Positions 63,055 through 64,000 of a DNA stretch of 64,000 nucleotides are shown one piece after another. A program made the position numbers and the translations under genes. Source of the stretch: Owenia fusiformis (lineage: Eukaryota). The notes under the pieces were generated by a model, which saw only the letters and a program-made list of their open reading frames with translations, searched no databases and was not told the DNA's origin. The DNA is taken from assembly GCA_903813345.2 (NCBI GenBank), contig CAIIXF020000001.1, forward strand, positions 9,796,001 to 9,860,000. Reading direction: 5' to 3'. Position 1 is the first letter of the stretch; each line of letters starts with the position of its first letter.

Positions 63055-64000
63055 ATTTTGACTGTCTAACTGGCCGTGAAACAAACATTTTTTGCTTGCT
63101 ACCAAACAGCTTTCCCTTTTCAGCTTGTTATTTGCCGCCATCAAGTAGTTGTCGTGTCATATAATATAAATGTATTTTACAGGTATTTTTAGAGATTTTG
63201 AAGAATTTATTGAGCTGGGGTCTGATAAGTGATAATTTTCTTTAATTTATTTGTCTAATAAAGATGATAAAAAGATCTACTGTTTAGATATTTTGAAGAA
63301 TTAATTGAGCTGGGGTCATATGATCCATGATGACTGATGTTTTTTTTAAAGGATAGGTATCGATATGGTGAACTGAATTCAACAATGTTTTTCTCTTAAA
63401 CCAAACTGTTTTTTAACATTTTTTTTTTAGTGCAATTGTTTTTGTTCCTTTCTATCAATTCTTGAGAATGAAATAAAATGTCTTTCCGAACCTTATTAGA
63501 ACAAAATAGCATATACAACATTTTCTTAGACCTCTCAATATTATAGTTATACAAAGGAAATGGTTGATTTAAAAAAAAAGTATGCAAAAACTTAAAACAA
63601 ATGAAAACAAACAAAACAGTCCTTATGCACAGTACAAAATATTTTGTATTCAGTTCGAAAATCAGGAGACAAAAGTAACAAAACACACATGTGTTTTCTA
63701 TTGTCTATGAGTATGTGGTAGAAGAGACAGTCTACTAATACATGTAAATGTTTAAAATTAGATAACCAACAGTAAAGAACATGAAACAAGGTTCAATTGT
63801 GCCAAATATGACTTAAAACCCATTCTTGATGTCTTTGTTATTAAGATTTGTTTGGGTTACCTTTTTGGCTCATCCTATATTTTTCTTTTATAGTCTTTAA
63901 ATTTATTGCTTGTAGAATTGCATTTTATTCACTGACCTCAATTAATGTGTGAAATAAAAATCTGCATCTGATGTTTTAGTATTGAAATTATTTGTGTCAT

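Overview
AT-rich, intron-containing animal genomic DNA; the repeat landscape suggests a lophotrochozoan-type invertebrate (inference). There is no CRISPR array or RNA gene I can support. (1) A complete GIGYF1/2-family gene lies on the minus strand: 26 coding exons from 32611 to 13386, about 1308 aa, all splice phases consistent, with 4EHP-binding, DDX6-binding and GYF motifs. (2) Head-to-head with it is a plus-strand JmjC (2OG/Fe(II) oxygenase) gene with an N-terminal membrane anchor, apparently running off the right edge. (3) Its 19.3-kb intron holds an intact antisense GT32/DXD glycosyltransferase gene. The same intron holds a 12.1-kb TIR transposon carrying a decayed, spliced transposase of a poorly classified family, which is itself split by a 5.1-kb Mutator/foldback element with an exact 9-bp target duplication. 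(4) Downstream are an ORF1-only LINE-like element and an intronless SDR pseudogene. Introns carry nested Helentron-type (HINE) elements with satellite cores, MITEs with 5-bp, 9-bp or TA target duplications, and hairpin elements. Positions 1-13300 show no supportable coding exons.
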